From Escherichia coli (GTDB taxonomy: Bacteria > Pseudomonadota > Gammaproteobacteria > Enterobacterales > Enterobacteriaceae), in assembly GCF_030013205.1 (NCBI RefSeq), contig NZ_CP122648.1: 64,000 nucleotides of DNA. One strand, 5' to 3'. The position numbers and the translations under genes are program-made. Positions 26,134 through 38,257 of this stretch are shown one piece after another. Within the stretch, counting starts at the first letter, position 1, and each line of letters begins with the position of its first letter. The notes beneath the pieces are model-generated. The model made no database searches, had not been told where the DNA came from, and saw only the letters and a list, made by a program, of their open reading frames with translations.

Positions 26134-27345
26134 TCAGTGTGATTCGCTATGAGCGACTTCGGCATTGCCATGATTCTGACAGTCTACTTCTTCACAACGT
26201 TGCATCATGTAACCCAGAGCAACCAGCACTACTGTTGATAACATCACGCTGGTGGTGGTGAGCAATGGCGTGCTGATACTGATAAGCCAGGAAACTACCA
26301 GACTTGCGAGGAAGCACAGACCCAGTTGTAGAGTGTTCTGCAACGCTGCGGCGCGACCAGTTGCATGTGGGAAGGGACGCAGCGCCTGGGCGACAACAAT
26401 CGGGTAGATCGCGCCATTGGCAATCGCCATCACACAGAATGGGATCAGGATTTCGACTAGCGACACATGGCTAATGAAGCCCGCAGCCCAGGTCGCAATG
26501 ACGCTGACAGCAAACAGTACCAGCAACCACGGTAATAACTGCTTGCCTTGCCATTTCTGCAGTGCGGCGCGACAGCCATAACCACCAATCAGAAACGCGA
26601 TAGTTTGCGGGACATAACTTAAACCAATAACTGCCGGGCTGTAGCCCATTTCACTAAGGATGAACGGTGAGCCGGTCAGCCATGCAAAAAAACTGGCTGA
26701 ACAGGCCGCATATATCAGCACGTTGCCGCGATAGGTTTTAGAACGTAGCAGGTCGGTAAAGGTCAGACCATCCTGACTATTGTTACGGGCCTTCGTCGTG
26801 GGTTTGAGCCAGAAAATAGGCAGAATCAGCACCACGGTAATGGCAAACAGGGTGGCGAAAATCGCCTGCCAGGAAAAATGGACCAGCAGCCAGCTTCCTA
26901 ACAGAGGAGCCAGTGCCGGAGATAGACCCACCAGCGGCATGATGGTCGCAAAAATACGGTTAACTTTCTGTGAAGGATAATAATCCGTCACTAACGCTTG
27001 CCAGATAACCGCCGCGGCGCAGACACCCACAGCCTGTACAAAACGCAATACCAGCAGCGTAGCGGCGTTTTCTACCCACAGCATCCCCAGACTACCTAAC
27101 GCAAAAATTGTCAGGCCGATTAATAATACCGGTTTACGACCATAACGGTCGGAGAGCGGCCCCCACAGAAGCTGGGCTGCGGCAAAACCGGCAAGGAACA
27201 GACTAAGGCTGGCACTGACAGCAGACGCAGGCGTTTGCAGGTCGGCCTGTATGGCGGCGAAAGCAGGCAGATACATATCGGTTGCCAGAAAACCGAGTAC
27301 GCTCAAACCCGCCAGCCAGACTAAAAATCTTTTCCCAGGTTGCAT
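26134..27345 (-). CDS. ydhC: MFS transporter YdhC (PunC)
   Basis: 403 aa 12-TM MFS protein; divergent from the LysR regulator gene. Confidence 0.9.
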   Translation of the reverse strand: MQPGKRFLVWLAGLSVLGFLATDMYLPAFAAIQADLQTPASAVSASLSLFLAGFAAAQLLWGPLSDRYGRKPVLLIGLTIFALGSLGMLWVENAATLLVLRFVQAVGVCAAAVIWQALVTDYYPSQKVNRIFATIMPLVGLSPALAPLLGSWLLVHFSWQAIFATLFAITVVLILPIFWLKPTTKARNNSQDGLTFTDLLRSKTYRGNVLIYAACSASFFAWLTGSPFILSEMGYSPAVIGLSYVPQTIAFLIGGYGCRAALQKWQGKQLLPWLLVLFAVSVIATWAAGFISHVSLVEILIPFCVMAIANGAIYPIVVAQALRPFPHATGRAAALQNTLQLGLCFLASLVVSWLISISTPLLTTTSVMLSTVVLVALGYMMQRCEEVDCQNHGNAEVAHSESH

Positions 27346-27457
27346 GTATATTCTCTAAATCTCTCAATTAAACACCGCCGCAAAGTGTAGGGAGTGAAAT
27401 TAGTGTTGTGAAACGGTAATATTTGATGACTGGTTTCAAAAATTTTGCAGGCAGACT

Positions 27458-28390
27458 ATGTGGTCAGAATATTCACTCGAAGTTGTTGATGCGGTAGCGC
27501 GTAATGGTAGTTTTAGCGCTGCGGCACAGGAGTTGCATCGCGTTCCTTCTGCGGTCAGCTATACCGTGCGTCAGCTGGAAGAGTGGCTGGCGGTGCCGCT
27601 GTTTGAACGACGTCACCGTGATGTGGAACTGACCGCTGCCGGGGCGTGGTTTCTCAAAGAAGGGCGCTCTGTTGTCAAAAAAATGCAGATCACCCGGCAG
27701 CAATGTCAGCAGATAGCGAACGGCTGGCGCGGTCAGTTAGCTATCGCAGTGGATAATATTGTCAGGCCAGAACGTACACGGCAGATGATCGTTGATTTTT
27801 ATCGCCATTTTGATGATGTCGAACTTCTTGTCTTTCAGGAAGTGTTCAACGGTGTCTGGGATGCGCTTTCCGACGGGCGCGTGGAACTGGCGATTGGCGC
27901 AACACGCGCGATTCCGGTAGGCGGTCGTTATGCCTTCCGCGATATGGGGATGCTAAGCTGGAGTTGCGTTGTTGCCAGTCACCACCCGCTGGCGTTGATG
28001 GATGGCCCGTTCAGCGATGATACGTTGCGCAACTGGCCCTCGTTGGTGCGCGAAGACACCTCGCGAACGCTACCTAAACGTATTACCTGGTTGCTGGATA
28101 ACCAAAAAAGACTTGTCGTGCCTGACTGGGAATCATCGGCAACCTGTATCTCGGCAGGATTATGCATAGGGATGGTGCCAACACATTTCGCCAAACCGTG
28201 GCTTAATGAGGGGAAGTGGGTGGCACTAGAACTGGAAAACCCCTTCCCGGATTCGGCATGTTGTCTGACATGGCAGCAAAATGATATGTCGCCTGCGTTA
28301 ACCTGGTTGCTTGAGTATCTCGGCGATAGTGAGACGCTGAATAAGGAGTGGCTGCGGGAGCCGGAAGAGACTCCCGCAACGGGTGATTAA
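27458..28390 (+). CDS. punR: LysR-family transcriptional regulator PunR (YdhB)
   Basis: 310 aa with N-terminal HTH; 4-nt overlap with purR stop region. Confidence 0.9.
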
Positions 28391-29412
28391 CGACGATAGT
28401 CGCGGAACGGGCCGTCAGCCACGGAGCGGCGTTCAATCAACCGCGGATGCACTTCAATGGATTGCGGTTCTTCGCGTTTATTGACGATACGATCCAACAG
28501 CATGTTGAACGCCGTTTCGCCCAGCGAATCTTTTGGCTGATGGATCGTGGTCAGCGCCGGCGTAAAATAGCGGGCGTTGCGCACGTTATCATACCCGATC
28601 AGCGAAACATCCTGCGGGACGCGCAGACCCATTTCATCAGCAGCACAAAGTGCGCCCATTGCCATGATATCGCCACCACAGAAGACGGCAGTAGGGCGAT
28701 GCGGCTGCGACAGGATTTGCTGCATGGCGCGATAACCAGATTCGGGTTCAAAGTCACCCTGCACAATCCAGCTTTCCGGCACCTTGATCATCGCTTCTTC
28801 CATCGCCTTCATAAAACCGGCAAGGCGGCCTGCGCCGGTGTTACGTTCCAGCGGGCCGGGGATAACGCCGATTTCGCGGTGACCGCGTTCAATCAGATAA
28901 CGCCCGGCCATGTAGCCGCCTTCGAACGCGTTATCAATGACCGCATCGGTGAAGTCAGCTTTTGCTTCACCCCAGTCCATCACTACCATTGGGATATGGC
29001 GATACTCTTCCAGCATCGCCAGCAACGGCTCTGGGTACTCAGAACACATCACCAGCAGACCATCGACGCGTTTTTGCGCCATCATCGACAGATAAGCCCG
29101 CTGTTTCTCAAGATTGTTCCACGCATTGCCCAGAATCAGGGTGTAACCTTTCTGGAAGCAATTTTTTTCAACCGCTTCAATGATCTCGGCAAAATAGGCC
29201 GCTTCGCTGCTGGTCGCCAGCAAACCGATAGACTTGGTGTGGTTAACCTTCAGACTACGCGCCACCGCGCTAGGGGAGTAGTGTAATTCTTTGATCGCTG
29301 CCCACACGGCGTTGCGCGTTTCTTCAGCGACGAAACGTGTTTTGTTGATCACGTGTGACACAGTTGTAGTGGAAACGTTTGCTCGTTTCGCTACATCTTT
29401 TATTGTTGCCAT
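28387..29412 (-). CDS. purR: purine repressor PurR (LacI family)
   Basis: 341 aa [33 protein letters not shown]... Confidence 0.97.
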
Positions 29413-29456
29413 TCCATTTCACTCCAGACCCTAACTTCAGCTCCTGCAAAATCGCA

Positions 29457-29472
29457 AGGTAAACGTTTGCCT
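29457..29472 (-). promoter_or_regulatory. PUR box (PurR operator) in the purR 5' region
   Basis: Minus strand reads AGGCAAACGTTTACCT, matching the PurR operator consensus ANGCAAACGTTTNCNT; purR is autoregulated. Confidence 0.6.
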
Positions 29473-29710
29473 TTACACACCTTACGCACAACAAAAGTGT
29501 TGCGGTACGCCGGAAAAACGACACGGAGCGTCAGGAAGGGGTCAATGGCCAGTACGCAAATAGTGTAAGCGTGGAATTTTGGCCGATCTTGACGAAAAGG
29601 GGAAGTGGTAAAAACACTTATCATTATAAATGACGGGAGATTTTTTCATCACAGTGTGTAAAAATGCGTAATATCACTTTTTGTGTGGTAATAAAAAAGG
29701 AGAAAACTTG

Positions 29711-29800
29711 ATGAGCACCGACCTTAAATTTTCACTGGTAACAACGATTATCGTCCTCGGTTTGATCGTGGCCGTGGGTTTGACTGCCGCGCTGCACTGA
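29711..29800 (+). CDS. ynhF: small membrane protein YnhF (29 aa)
   Basis: ATG...TGA ORF encoding MSTDLKFSLVTTIIVLGLIVAVGLTAALH with a GGAG RBS upstream; below the ORF-track size cutoff. Confidence 0.7.
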   Translation: MSTDLKFSLVTTIIVLGLIVAVGLTAALH

Positions 29801-29965
29801 TTTCCTCTCGAGGGAGCGCGTTCTCCCTCGCATCTCCTTCCTGTTTGTTAGCAAAATGGCAAAAGTGTTTTCTCTTTTTGTTATTTTCATTTTTTTGTGA
29901 TTGCTGTCATGCTTTCGCCACTTTAATGAATATCGCGTAATGACGCGAAGAGGTGGAGATAAGGC

Positions 29966-31135
29966 ATGAAAATTAACTATCCGTTGCTGGCGCTGGCGAT
30001 TGGTGCGTTTGGTATTGGGACAACGGAGTTCTCGCCAATGGGCTTATTGCCCGTCATTGCGCGCGGTGTGGATGTCTCGATTCCCGCTGCCGGAATGTTA
30101 ATCAGTGCCTATGCAGTTGGCGTAATGGTTGGCGCGCCGCTGATGACGCTTCTACTTTCTCATCGTGCTCGCCGCAGTGCGTTGATTTTCCTAATGGCGA
30201 TTTTCACGCTCGGCAACGTACTTTCCGCCATCGCGCCGGATTATATGACCCTGATGCTTTCTCGCATTTTGACCAGCCTGAATCACGGAGCATTTTTTGG
30301 TTTGGGTTCAGTCGTGGCCGCAAGCGTGGTGCCAAAACATAAACAGGCCAGCGCAGTTGCCACTATGTTTATGGGGTTAACCCTGGCAAATATCGGTGGC
30401 GTGCCGGCGGCGACCTGGTTGGGTGAAACCATCGGCTGGCGGATGTCATTTCTGGCAACGGCGGTGCTGGGAGTGATTTCAATGGTAAGTCTGTTCTTCT
30501 CATTACCTAAAGGTGGTGCAGGGGCACGACCTGAAGTGAAAAAAGAGCTGGCGGTATTAATGCGTCCGCAGGTGCTGTCTGCATTGCTGACGACGGTACT
30601 GGGAGCTGGTGCAATGTTTACCCTCTACACCTATATCTCTCCGGTACTGCAAAGTATTACCCACGCAACGCCGGTGTTCGTCACAGCAATGCTGGTGCTG
30701 ATTGGTGTCGGATTCTCTATCGGTAACTATCTCGGCGGCAAACTGGCAGATCGTTCAGTTAACGGCACGTTGAAAGGCTTTTTGTTGCTGCTGATGGTGA
30801 TTATGCTGGCAATCCCGTTCCTGGCCCGCAATGAGTTCGGCGCAGCTATTAGCATGGTGGTGTGGGGCGCTGCAACCTTTGCGGTCGTACCGCCGTTACA
30901 GATGCGCGTGATGCGTGTCGCCAGTGAAGCGCCAGGTCTGTCTTCATCAGTCAATATTGGTGCCTTTAATCTTGGAAATGCGCTGGGAGCAGCTGCTGGT
31001 GGTGCGGTAATTTCCGCTGGGCTGGGATACAGCTTTGTGCCGGTGATGGGGGCGATTGTCGCGGGACTGGCATTATTGCTGGTGTTTATGTCAGCCAGAA
31101 AACAACCTGAAACAGTTTGCGTTGCCAACAGCTAA
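29966..31135 (+). CDS. ydhP: MFS transporter YdhP
   Basis: 389 aa polytopic MFS protein. Confidence 0.9.
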   Translation: MKINYPLLALAIGAFGIGTTEFSPMGLLPVIARGVDVSIPAAGMLISAYAVGVMVGAPLMTLLLSHRARRSALIFLMAIFTLGNVLSAIAPDYMTLMLSRILTSLNHGAFFGLGSVVAASVVPKHKQASAVATMFMGLTLANIGGVPAATWLGETIGWRMSFLATAVLGVISMVSLFFSLPKGGAGARPEVKKELAVLMRPQVLSALLTTVLGAGAMFTLYTYISPVLQSITHATPVFVTAMLVLIGVGFSIGNYLGGKLADRSVNGTLKGFLLLLMVIMLAIPFLARNEFGAAISMVVWGAATFAVVPPLQMRVMRVASEAPGLSSSVNIGAFNLGNALGAAAGGAVISAGLGYSFVPVMGAIVAGLALLLVFMSARKQPETVCVANS

Positions 31136-31145
31136 TTAAACAAAA

Positions 31146-31169
31146 ACGCAGAAGGATAACCTTCTGCGT
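31146..31169. terminator. intrinsic terminator between convergent ydhP and sodB
   Basis: ACGCAGAAGG-ATAA-CCTTCTGCGT hairpin; T-rich on the minus strand (sodB direction). Confidence 0.7.
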
Positions 31170-31184
31170 TACAGTTGCTGACAA

Positions 31185-31265
31185 CGTGCGATTTATCTTG
31201 CCGGATGCGGTGTTAACGACTCATCCGTGTTGGCATGGTAAGCGAAGCGCATCAGGCAATGCTGC
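31185..31265. repeat. REP-like (palindromic unit) sequence downstream of sodB
   Basis: GCCGGATGCGG...CGCATCAGGC imperfect palindrome resembling REP/BIME elements. Confidence 0.35.
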
Positions 31266-31280
31266 ATTTGCCATCAGTTA

Positions 31281-31862
31281 TTATGCAGCGAGATTTTTCG
31301 CTACGAATTCCCAGTTCACCAGCGCCCAGAAGTGCTCCAGATAGCCAGGACGTGCATTGCGATAGTCGATGTAATAAGCGTGTTCCCAGACATCAACGGT
31401 CAGCAGCGGAGTCGCATCGGTGGTCAGTGGAGTACCCGCGTTAGAGGTTGAAACGATAGCCAGTTTGCCATCGCTGTTTTTCACCAGCCAGGTCCAGCCA
31501 GAACCAAAGTTTTTGATCGCTGCATCAGTAAACTGAGCTTTGAAATCGGCAAAGCTGCCAAAAGATGCGGCGATAGCTTCAGCGACTTTTCCAGTCGGTT
31601 CGCCACCCGCGTTCGGTGCCAGGCAGTTCCAGTAGAAAGTATGGTTCCAGACCTGAGCTGCGTTGTTGAATACGCCACCTTCAGAGCTGCGAATAATCTC
31701 TTCCAGTGATTTACCTTCAAACGCGGTACCTTTAATCAGGTTGTTCAGGTTAGTCACATAAGTCTGATGATGCTTGCCGTAGTGATACTCGATGGTTTCC
31801 GCAGAAATGTGCGGTGCCAGAGCATCTTTAGCATATGGTAGTGCAGGTAATTCGAATGACAT
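31281..31862 (-). CDS. sodB: Fe superoxide dismutase
   Basis: 193 aa [36 protein letters not shown]... Confidence 0.98.
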   Translation of the reverse strand: MSFELPALPYAKDALAPHISAETIEYHYGKHHQTYVTNLNNLIKGTAFEGKSLEEIIRSSEGGVFNNAAQVWNHTFYWNCLAPNAGGEPTGKVAEAIAASFGSFADFKAQFTDAAIKNFGSGWTWLVKNSDGKLAIVSTSNAGTPLTTDATPLLTVDVWEHAYYIDYRNARPGYLEHFWALVNWEFVAKNLAA

Positions 31863-31989
31863 TGCTACTCTCCTTTATTATTAATTTGCATACGTACAAT
31901 AGCCTTATTGTGCGTATGGATAGGGTAGCAAATTAAAAGGTGAGACAAAAGATGAACTTACCCTGTTGCCGTAACAACAGGGTAAAGTT

Positions 31990-32817
31990 TTAGCGAAGTG
32001 TTTTTGGGGTCATTACCCGGCGAGCGCCAACATAGTGGCGCTGCCAGTAGTCTTCACTGAGAGAAGTGATTTGAATTTCTTGGCCCGTGCGCGGTGACTG
32101 AATAAATTTGCCGTTGCCGACATACACGCCGACATGATCGGCTGTACCGCGTCCCTGAGTACGGAAGAAGACCAGGTCGCCGTTTTTCAGTTCACTACGT
32201 TCGATAGGTGCTGCATCACGCAGGTGATACATTTCATTCGCCGTACGCGGAATACGAATTTTCACCAAATCTTTATAAGCGTAATAAACCAGGCCGCTGC
32301 AATCAAAACCGGTACGCGGTGAGCTGCCACCCCAACGATATGGCTTACCAATTTGCTGCATCAGTTTATTCATTGCCACTTTTGTGGCTTTTTGCACCTT
32401 CGCTTTGTGTGCGTCGGCAAGGGTTCCTGACGCGGCATTTTTGACTTTCACACAATGCGATTTATAGCCCTTACGTTTGGTACACTTTTCGGTAAAGCTG
32501 GCTGAGGCCGTTTTATTGACGACGTGTTTGCTGCGAGTTTTGGCGTTTTTAGAAGCGGTAATGGAAGATTTTTTAACGGAAGAAGCGGTTTTGCTTTTGG
32601 TCGTACTTTTACTGGCGGCTTTTTTCGCTGTTTTCTGGCTGGCTTTCTGGGTCTTTTTGGTGGTTGCCGTGCTTTTCTTTTTATCTGCTTTTTTGGTGAT
32701 ATGAGTGGTAGCAGAACTCTCCCTGGCTTGCTTTGAAGCATGGGCCATAGGCGTTAAAGGCAGGGTGGTAAAAAGTAAAGCACAGAGCGTGATCGAAATA
32801 CGGTTTATCCGCGCCAC
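31990..32817 (-). CDS. mepH: NlpC/P60-family peptidoglycan endopeptidase MepH (YdhO)
   Basis: 275-aa ORF (true start may be a few codons downstream); signal peptide, Lys/Thr/Ser-rich linker, C-terminal NlpC/P60 domain. Confidence 0.88.
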   Translation of the reverse strand: MARINRISITLCALLFTTLPLTPMAHASKQARESSATTHITKKADKKKSTATTKKTQKASQKTAKKAASKSTTKSKTASSVKKSSITASKNAKTRSKHVVNKTASASFTEKCTKRKGYKSHCVKVKNAASGTLADAHKAKVQKATKVAMNKLMQQIGKPYRWGGSSPRTGFDCSGLVYYAYKDLVKIRIPRTANEMYHLRDAAPIERSELKNGDLVFFRTQGRGTADHVGVYVGNGKFIQSPRTGQEIQITSLSEDYWQRHYVGARRVMTPKTLR

Positions 32818-33151
32818 TGAGCGTCCCTCTGTTAAGGCAGGTCTATCATGCCTGCGTCTGATTTACAAAACTTGATGATTCTAATGCATAGAAGAAGAGA
32901 AAGTTAATAGCTTTTATTGTTAAAAAATACGTTTCGTCGGCGAGCGCAAAAAAATGCAGCAGTGAAAGCTAAAAATGGTCATAAATACGCCAGTTTGCCT
33001 TGCGTCAGGGAAGAAACGAATATTTGAAATGCAACAATTAGAGCAAAGGGATAAAATAGCAAAAGCGTGATGAAAATGTTATTTCCCGATGCCGCACTGA
33101 CCCGCTACAATGTCAGATTACTGCCGTAAAGAAGTTTGAGGAAGCAAGACA

Positions 33152-33499
33152 ATGAGCACCACTATCGAAAAAATCCAACGCCAGATTGCTGAAAACCCGA
33201 TCCTGCTGTACATGAAAGGTTCACCGAAACTGCCGAGCTGCGGTTTCTCTGCCCAGGCAGTCCAGGCGCTTGCCGCATGTGGCGAACGTTTTGCCTATGT
33301 TGATATCCTGCAGAATCCGGACATTCGTGCGGAACTGCCGAAATATGCTAACTGGCCGACCTTCCCGCAACTGTGGGTTGACGGCGAGCTGGTCGGCGGT
33401 TGTGATATCGTGATCGAAATGTATCAGCGTGGCGAACTGCAGCAGCTGATCAAAGAAACTGCCGCTAAATACAAGTCTGAAGAGCCGGACGCTGAATAA
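33152..33499 (+). CDS. grxD: monothiol glutaredoxin Grx4
   Basis: 115 aa with CGFS active site. Confidence 0.95.
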   Translation: MSTTIEKIQRQIAENPILLYMKGSPKLPSCGFSAQAVQALAACGERFAYVDILQNPDIRAELPKYANWPTFPQLWVDGELVGGCDIVIEMYQRGELQQLIKETAAKYKSEEPDAE

Positions 33500-33513
33500 T
33501 CCGTCCTGCAATA

Positions 33514-33541
33514 CTGACGGATGCGAACGGGCATCCGTCAG
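33514..33541. terminator. intrinsic terminator between convergent grxD and lhr
   Basis: CTGACGGATGC-GAACGG-GCATCCGTCAG hairpin followed by TCCTTTCTCT. Confidence 0.7.
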
Positions 33542-33549
33542 TCCTTTCT

Positions 33550-36500
33550 CTATCCCCAATCCAGTCCTTGTGGCGAACTTGAAAATCCCGCCTCACGCAG
33601 CAGCGTAAACATCGGCGTTTGCCGGACCGGTAGGTCATTCACTTCTGTTAGCGTAAAGCGCAGCCGTGGTTCGCGACGCAGTGCGGTAGTCAGCGCGTGG
33701 AAAATCTCTGGGGCGAGTAATTCCTCTTTTTCCTGCCAGACCAGCATTTTTTTGCCACCTTGCGCCAGATAGAGTAACAATTTGCCGCCAGAAACGACCA
33801 CCAGCGCACCCGCCCGACGCGTTGGTATCAGCGTTGCCGGATGTGCAGGCCAGGGCAGAAGATTTCCCCATGCATTAGCCGGATCGTTGGCGGAGAGCGC
33901 CACTGGTGTATAGTGGCGCGTTTGCGCGGTTTGTGTCGCCAGATCGCGCAATCGGTCAATAGTCAGACGTTCAGCGAATTGCGCGCCACCCAGACCTTCT
34001 ACAAAACGACCTCGCATAATTCGCCCGGAGTCTTCCATACTTCGACAAAGCGTTTGCATCGATGGAAACCCGCCAGGGATATTTTCGGCTATCACCGCCT
34101 GACGACTGATGATGCCGTAGCGGTCGAGCATATTTTCCGCCAGCGCCAGCATCCTTTCGGTATCGTTTAGTGGCTCCACCTGCAATAACGACCAGCGTCC
34201 AGCCAGATTTGGTGTGTTGTAAGACACCCGCGGCGAGACGGGTTGTGCATAGACAGGACGCCCACGACGAGCCCGGTGACTGCGGCGAGTTGAGGTGCGT
34301 GCGTTGGAACTGCTGCGGGTGAGGGCGCGTAACGGTGCCCAAATATCGCTGGTGATGACGACTTGCCAGACCAGCGCCCATAACGCCTCTTGCAGTGCCG
34401 AGGGATCAACCGATTCGCCGATTTTATCGCGTATCCGTTGGCTGATTTGTTGTGCAAACCAGGCTCCTCCGTCAGCCAGAACCGTGACTATCGCTTGCTG
34501 CAGTGCCGAACGATTCGCCTGATTCGCTTCGGCGGGAGTGAACGATTCTGCAGCATATTCCTGTAGATGCAGTGCCACCAGGCCGTCATCTTCACCCAGT
34601 TTTTTTGCCCCGACCAGATAACCGCACCGGTTGCCAGTAATTCATCGAGCATTTCTGGCGAATAGTCGCGTACGCGGGCAGGCAGGATCTGGCTTTCCCA
34701 GAGTGAGGCGGGTAAACCGACTCCGGCAAGCTGTTCGATCACCCGCATGACGCCATCCACGCCCTCATAAACGCCTGGCGATGTTGAGGCAAAGAGTGCC
34801 GGGCTACCATCGGTGGCGGGTAATACGCCCTGACGTTCCAGCAGCAATCGCGCATAGGTCGTGGCCGCAACGGGACGTGTCGCTTCTCTGGCGGCTTGCA
34901 GCGAGCGCAAACGCAGACGACGAAATACTTCATCGCTCACCCAGATGTCTTGTTGCAGATTCATCACCAGCCCCTGTTCGCGCAGTTGCTGAAGTTGCTC
35001 TTCGACAATGGCAATACCGAGACTAAACTCATGAGCCAGTTGTTCAGACGTGACCAGAGCATGAGCCCGGAGATAGCGCAGAAAGAGGTCGCGAAGCGGG
35101 TAACTGACTCGGTGCAAATAAATCTCTGGCAGTGACTCTGGTAGTCGTACGCCGAGAGCATCGCGCAGCCTGGCGGCATCATCCATACAGGCAAGACGCT
35201 CCTGCCCGCTAATCATGGTCGGGAAGATTCGTTTTACTGCAAGAAGATTTTCCAGATACGACGCAATCTCTTCACTGCTGCCTGTATGTCGTTGCGCCAG
35301 GTCTTCAACGGTCATTGGCCCCAGTTCGCGCAGCAGGTCGAACAATCCTTCTTCACCTTTCGCTCTTCTGCCAGGAGCCAGTCGTTGCAACTCTTCTTCC
35401 ACCTGGCGAATGACCTGTGGGTCGAGTAATTCCCCCGGATCGACCTGTCCGAGTAGATTGCGCAGTAACTCGCTGTCCAGCGACAGTACGGATGCCCGGC
35501 GCTCTGCCAGCGGGGCGTCGCTCTGGTACATAAATTCCGCGACATAGCCGAACAATAAACTGGCGGCGAAAGGCGAGGGCGTAGTGGTCGTTACATCGGA
35601 TATTTGAATTTCGCCACCGTTCAGGCGACGCATCAAACGTTCCAGCGCGGGAAGATCATAAACATCTTGCAGACATTCGCGTAGGGTTTCGAGAATGACC
35701 GGAAAATCCGGATATCCCTGAGCGATTTCCAGCAACTGACTGGCGCGCAGCCGTTGTTGCCAGAGCGGGGTGCGATGGCCCGGCGTGCGGCCCGGCATTA
35801 ATAATGCCCGCGCGGCGCATTCGCGAAAACGGGCGGCGAAAAGTGCCGAGCTGCCTACCGCCTCGCGGACAATTTGCAGCAACTTTTCTGGTTCAAACAA
35901 AAAAATCGCGGCATCAGGCAATTTACCATCGGTGTCAGGAATGCGCGCAACAATGCCGTCATCACTGGCTACCACAGACGCGTCAGCGCCCCATAGTGCA
36001 TGTATTCGCCCGGCAATCGCCAGCGCCCAGGGTTCATGCACCCGTCTTCCATAGGGAGAGTGCAAAATAATACGCCAGTCACCAATTTCATCACGGCACC
36101 GTTCGAGGACCAGATGACGACTACCTGGAACGATGCCCGTCGCGTTGCGCTGCTCGTCAATCAACCCCTGAATATTGGCGATCGTATTTTCTTCTGCCAA
36201 CCACGGGGGAATAGTCCCGGAAAAGAACGCGCCATCCGCCAGTAAATGGAGAAAATCGCCGATCATCTCGCCTAATTCTGCCGGACGTCCGTTACCTTCA
36301 CCACGCCAGAAGGGAAGGCGGGCAGAACGACCTGGAGCAGGAGTCACAATCACCTGATCGCGGGTGATTTGCTGGATCCGCCATGAGGTAGCGCCGAGAG
36401 TGATAATGTCGTTCACCCGCGACTCATATACCATCTCCTCATCCAGTTCACCCACCCGCCGCGAACCGGCCTGTTCTTCACCTTCGGGTAATAACACGCT

Positions 36501-38165
36501 ATACATGCCACGATCCGGAATGGTGCCACCGCTGGTAACCGCCAACAGCTGAGCGCCAGGTCGGGCGGTCAATATCCCGGTCTCCCTGTTCCAGACCAGT
36601 TTTGGTCGAAAAGCAGAAAAATCGCCAGAGGGATAGCGCCCGGAAAGCATATCCAGCGTGGCGTCAAAAACACGTCTTGGCAGATCTTTCCACGGTGCGG
36701 CACGGCGTACGCGGGAGTACCATTCGTCTGCCTGTAATGCATCCATCGCCGCGGCGGCAACGGTTTGCTGCGCAAGGACGTCGAGTGGATTATGCGGTGG
36801 TGTCAGGTTTTCCAGCCTGCCTGCGAACATACACTCAACAATGACTGCGGAATCGACTAAATCACGCCTGGTTCGGGGGAAAAAAAGCCCTTTGGAGATA
36901 CCACCTACCTGGTGTCCGGCACGTCCAATGCGTTGTAACCCACTGGCAACAGAAAGCGGCGTTGCCACCTGAATCACCAGATCCACCGCGCCCATATCAA
37001 TCCCCAGTTCGAGACTGGAGGTTGCGACCACACAGCGTAATTCACCCGATTTCAGCGCCTGTTCGGTGATTGCTCGTTGTTCTTTAGAGACGGAGCCGTG
37101 GTGTGAGCGGGCAATAAAAATGTCGCTACTTTGTATACGGTTAGAGGTTGCGCCGGAGGTCGACTCGAAATGGACCGCATCAACGGCGATAGACGGGGAA
37201 CGCTGTAAGCGTGCGGCGTAAAGTTCATTCAATCGTGCCGTCAGTTTTTCCGCCAGCCCGCGTGAATTAGTAAAGACAATGGTCGAGCGATGGCGCAAAA
37301 CTTCATCAAGGATACCCGTTTCAATATATGGCCAGATGGAGCCTTCTCGGCCGGCATGGCTGTCTTCGCCGGTGCCGCTGGCGACCGATGAGACATCATC
37401 CATATTGGCGACCGGTACGACAATCCGTATCTGCGGATGGCGCATTGCGGGCGGGTTTACTACCGTAACCGGGCGATCGCCACCAAGAAATGCTGCAACA
37501 TCGCTGGCTGAGCGTACAGTGGCAGAAAGGCCAATTCGCTGTGCTGAGGTGTGGAGCAGCGCATCGAGCCGCTCCAGACTTAACGCCAGATGCGCACCAC
37601 GTTTACTGCCCGCTACCGCGTGGACTTCATCAATAATTACCGTTTCGACGCCGCGTAGCGTTTCGCGCGCGCGGGAGGTCAGCATCAGATAGAGTGATTC
37701 GGGTGTGGTGATCAGAATATCCGGCGGATTACGGGTGAGTTTGCTGCGTTCCTGTGCAGGCGTATCGCCAGTACGGATCCCCACGCGAAGATTGACTTCC
37801 GTTTCGCCGCGCCGCCGCCGTTCATCGGCAATACCCTGTAACGGGATCTGCAAGTTGCGCTGAACGTCGGTGCCCAGAGCTTTGATCGGTGAAATATAGA
37901 GGATGCGTGAGGTTTTACGTTTATGCGCCTCGCGGGTATCTTCGCCGCCTTCGCGGAAGAGCTGATCGAGGGCGTAGAGAAATGCTGCCAGCGTTTTCCC
38001 GGAGCCAGTCGGTGCAATCACCAGCGCATGTTCGCCTCGCGCCGCCACATGCCAGGTTTGCGACTGGACAGCGGTCGGCTGTTTAAAGGCGCGAAGAAAC
38101 CAGTCGCGGGTTGCCGGTGAAAACACGTCCGGCAGGGGCGATGAAAGGTTTGGATTATCTGCCAT
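33550..38165 (-). pseudogene. lhr: ATP-dependent helicase Lhr (DEAD/DEAH superfamily 2), interrupted by a -1 frameshift in a homopolymer near 34600-34606
   Basis: Two consecutive same-strand ORFs in different frames (34488..38165, 1225 aa with Lhr N-terminus; 33550..34578, 342 aa); total span is 4616 nt, one short of a multiple of 3; inserting one A in the run restores a continuous reading frame. Confidence 0.85.
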
Positions 38166-38257
38166 TAACGCTATTCCCCGTGAATATCATGCATGATGCG
38201 TGGAATAGCCTCACTATAGATGCCTGAATCATTGCATGTCATCAGGCATCGACTCGA

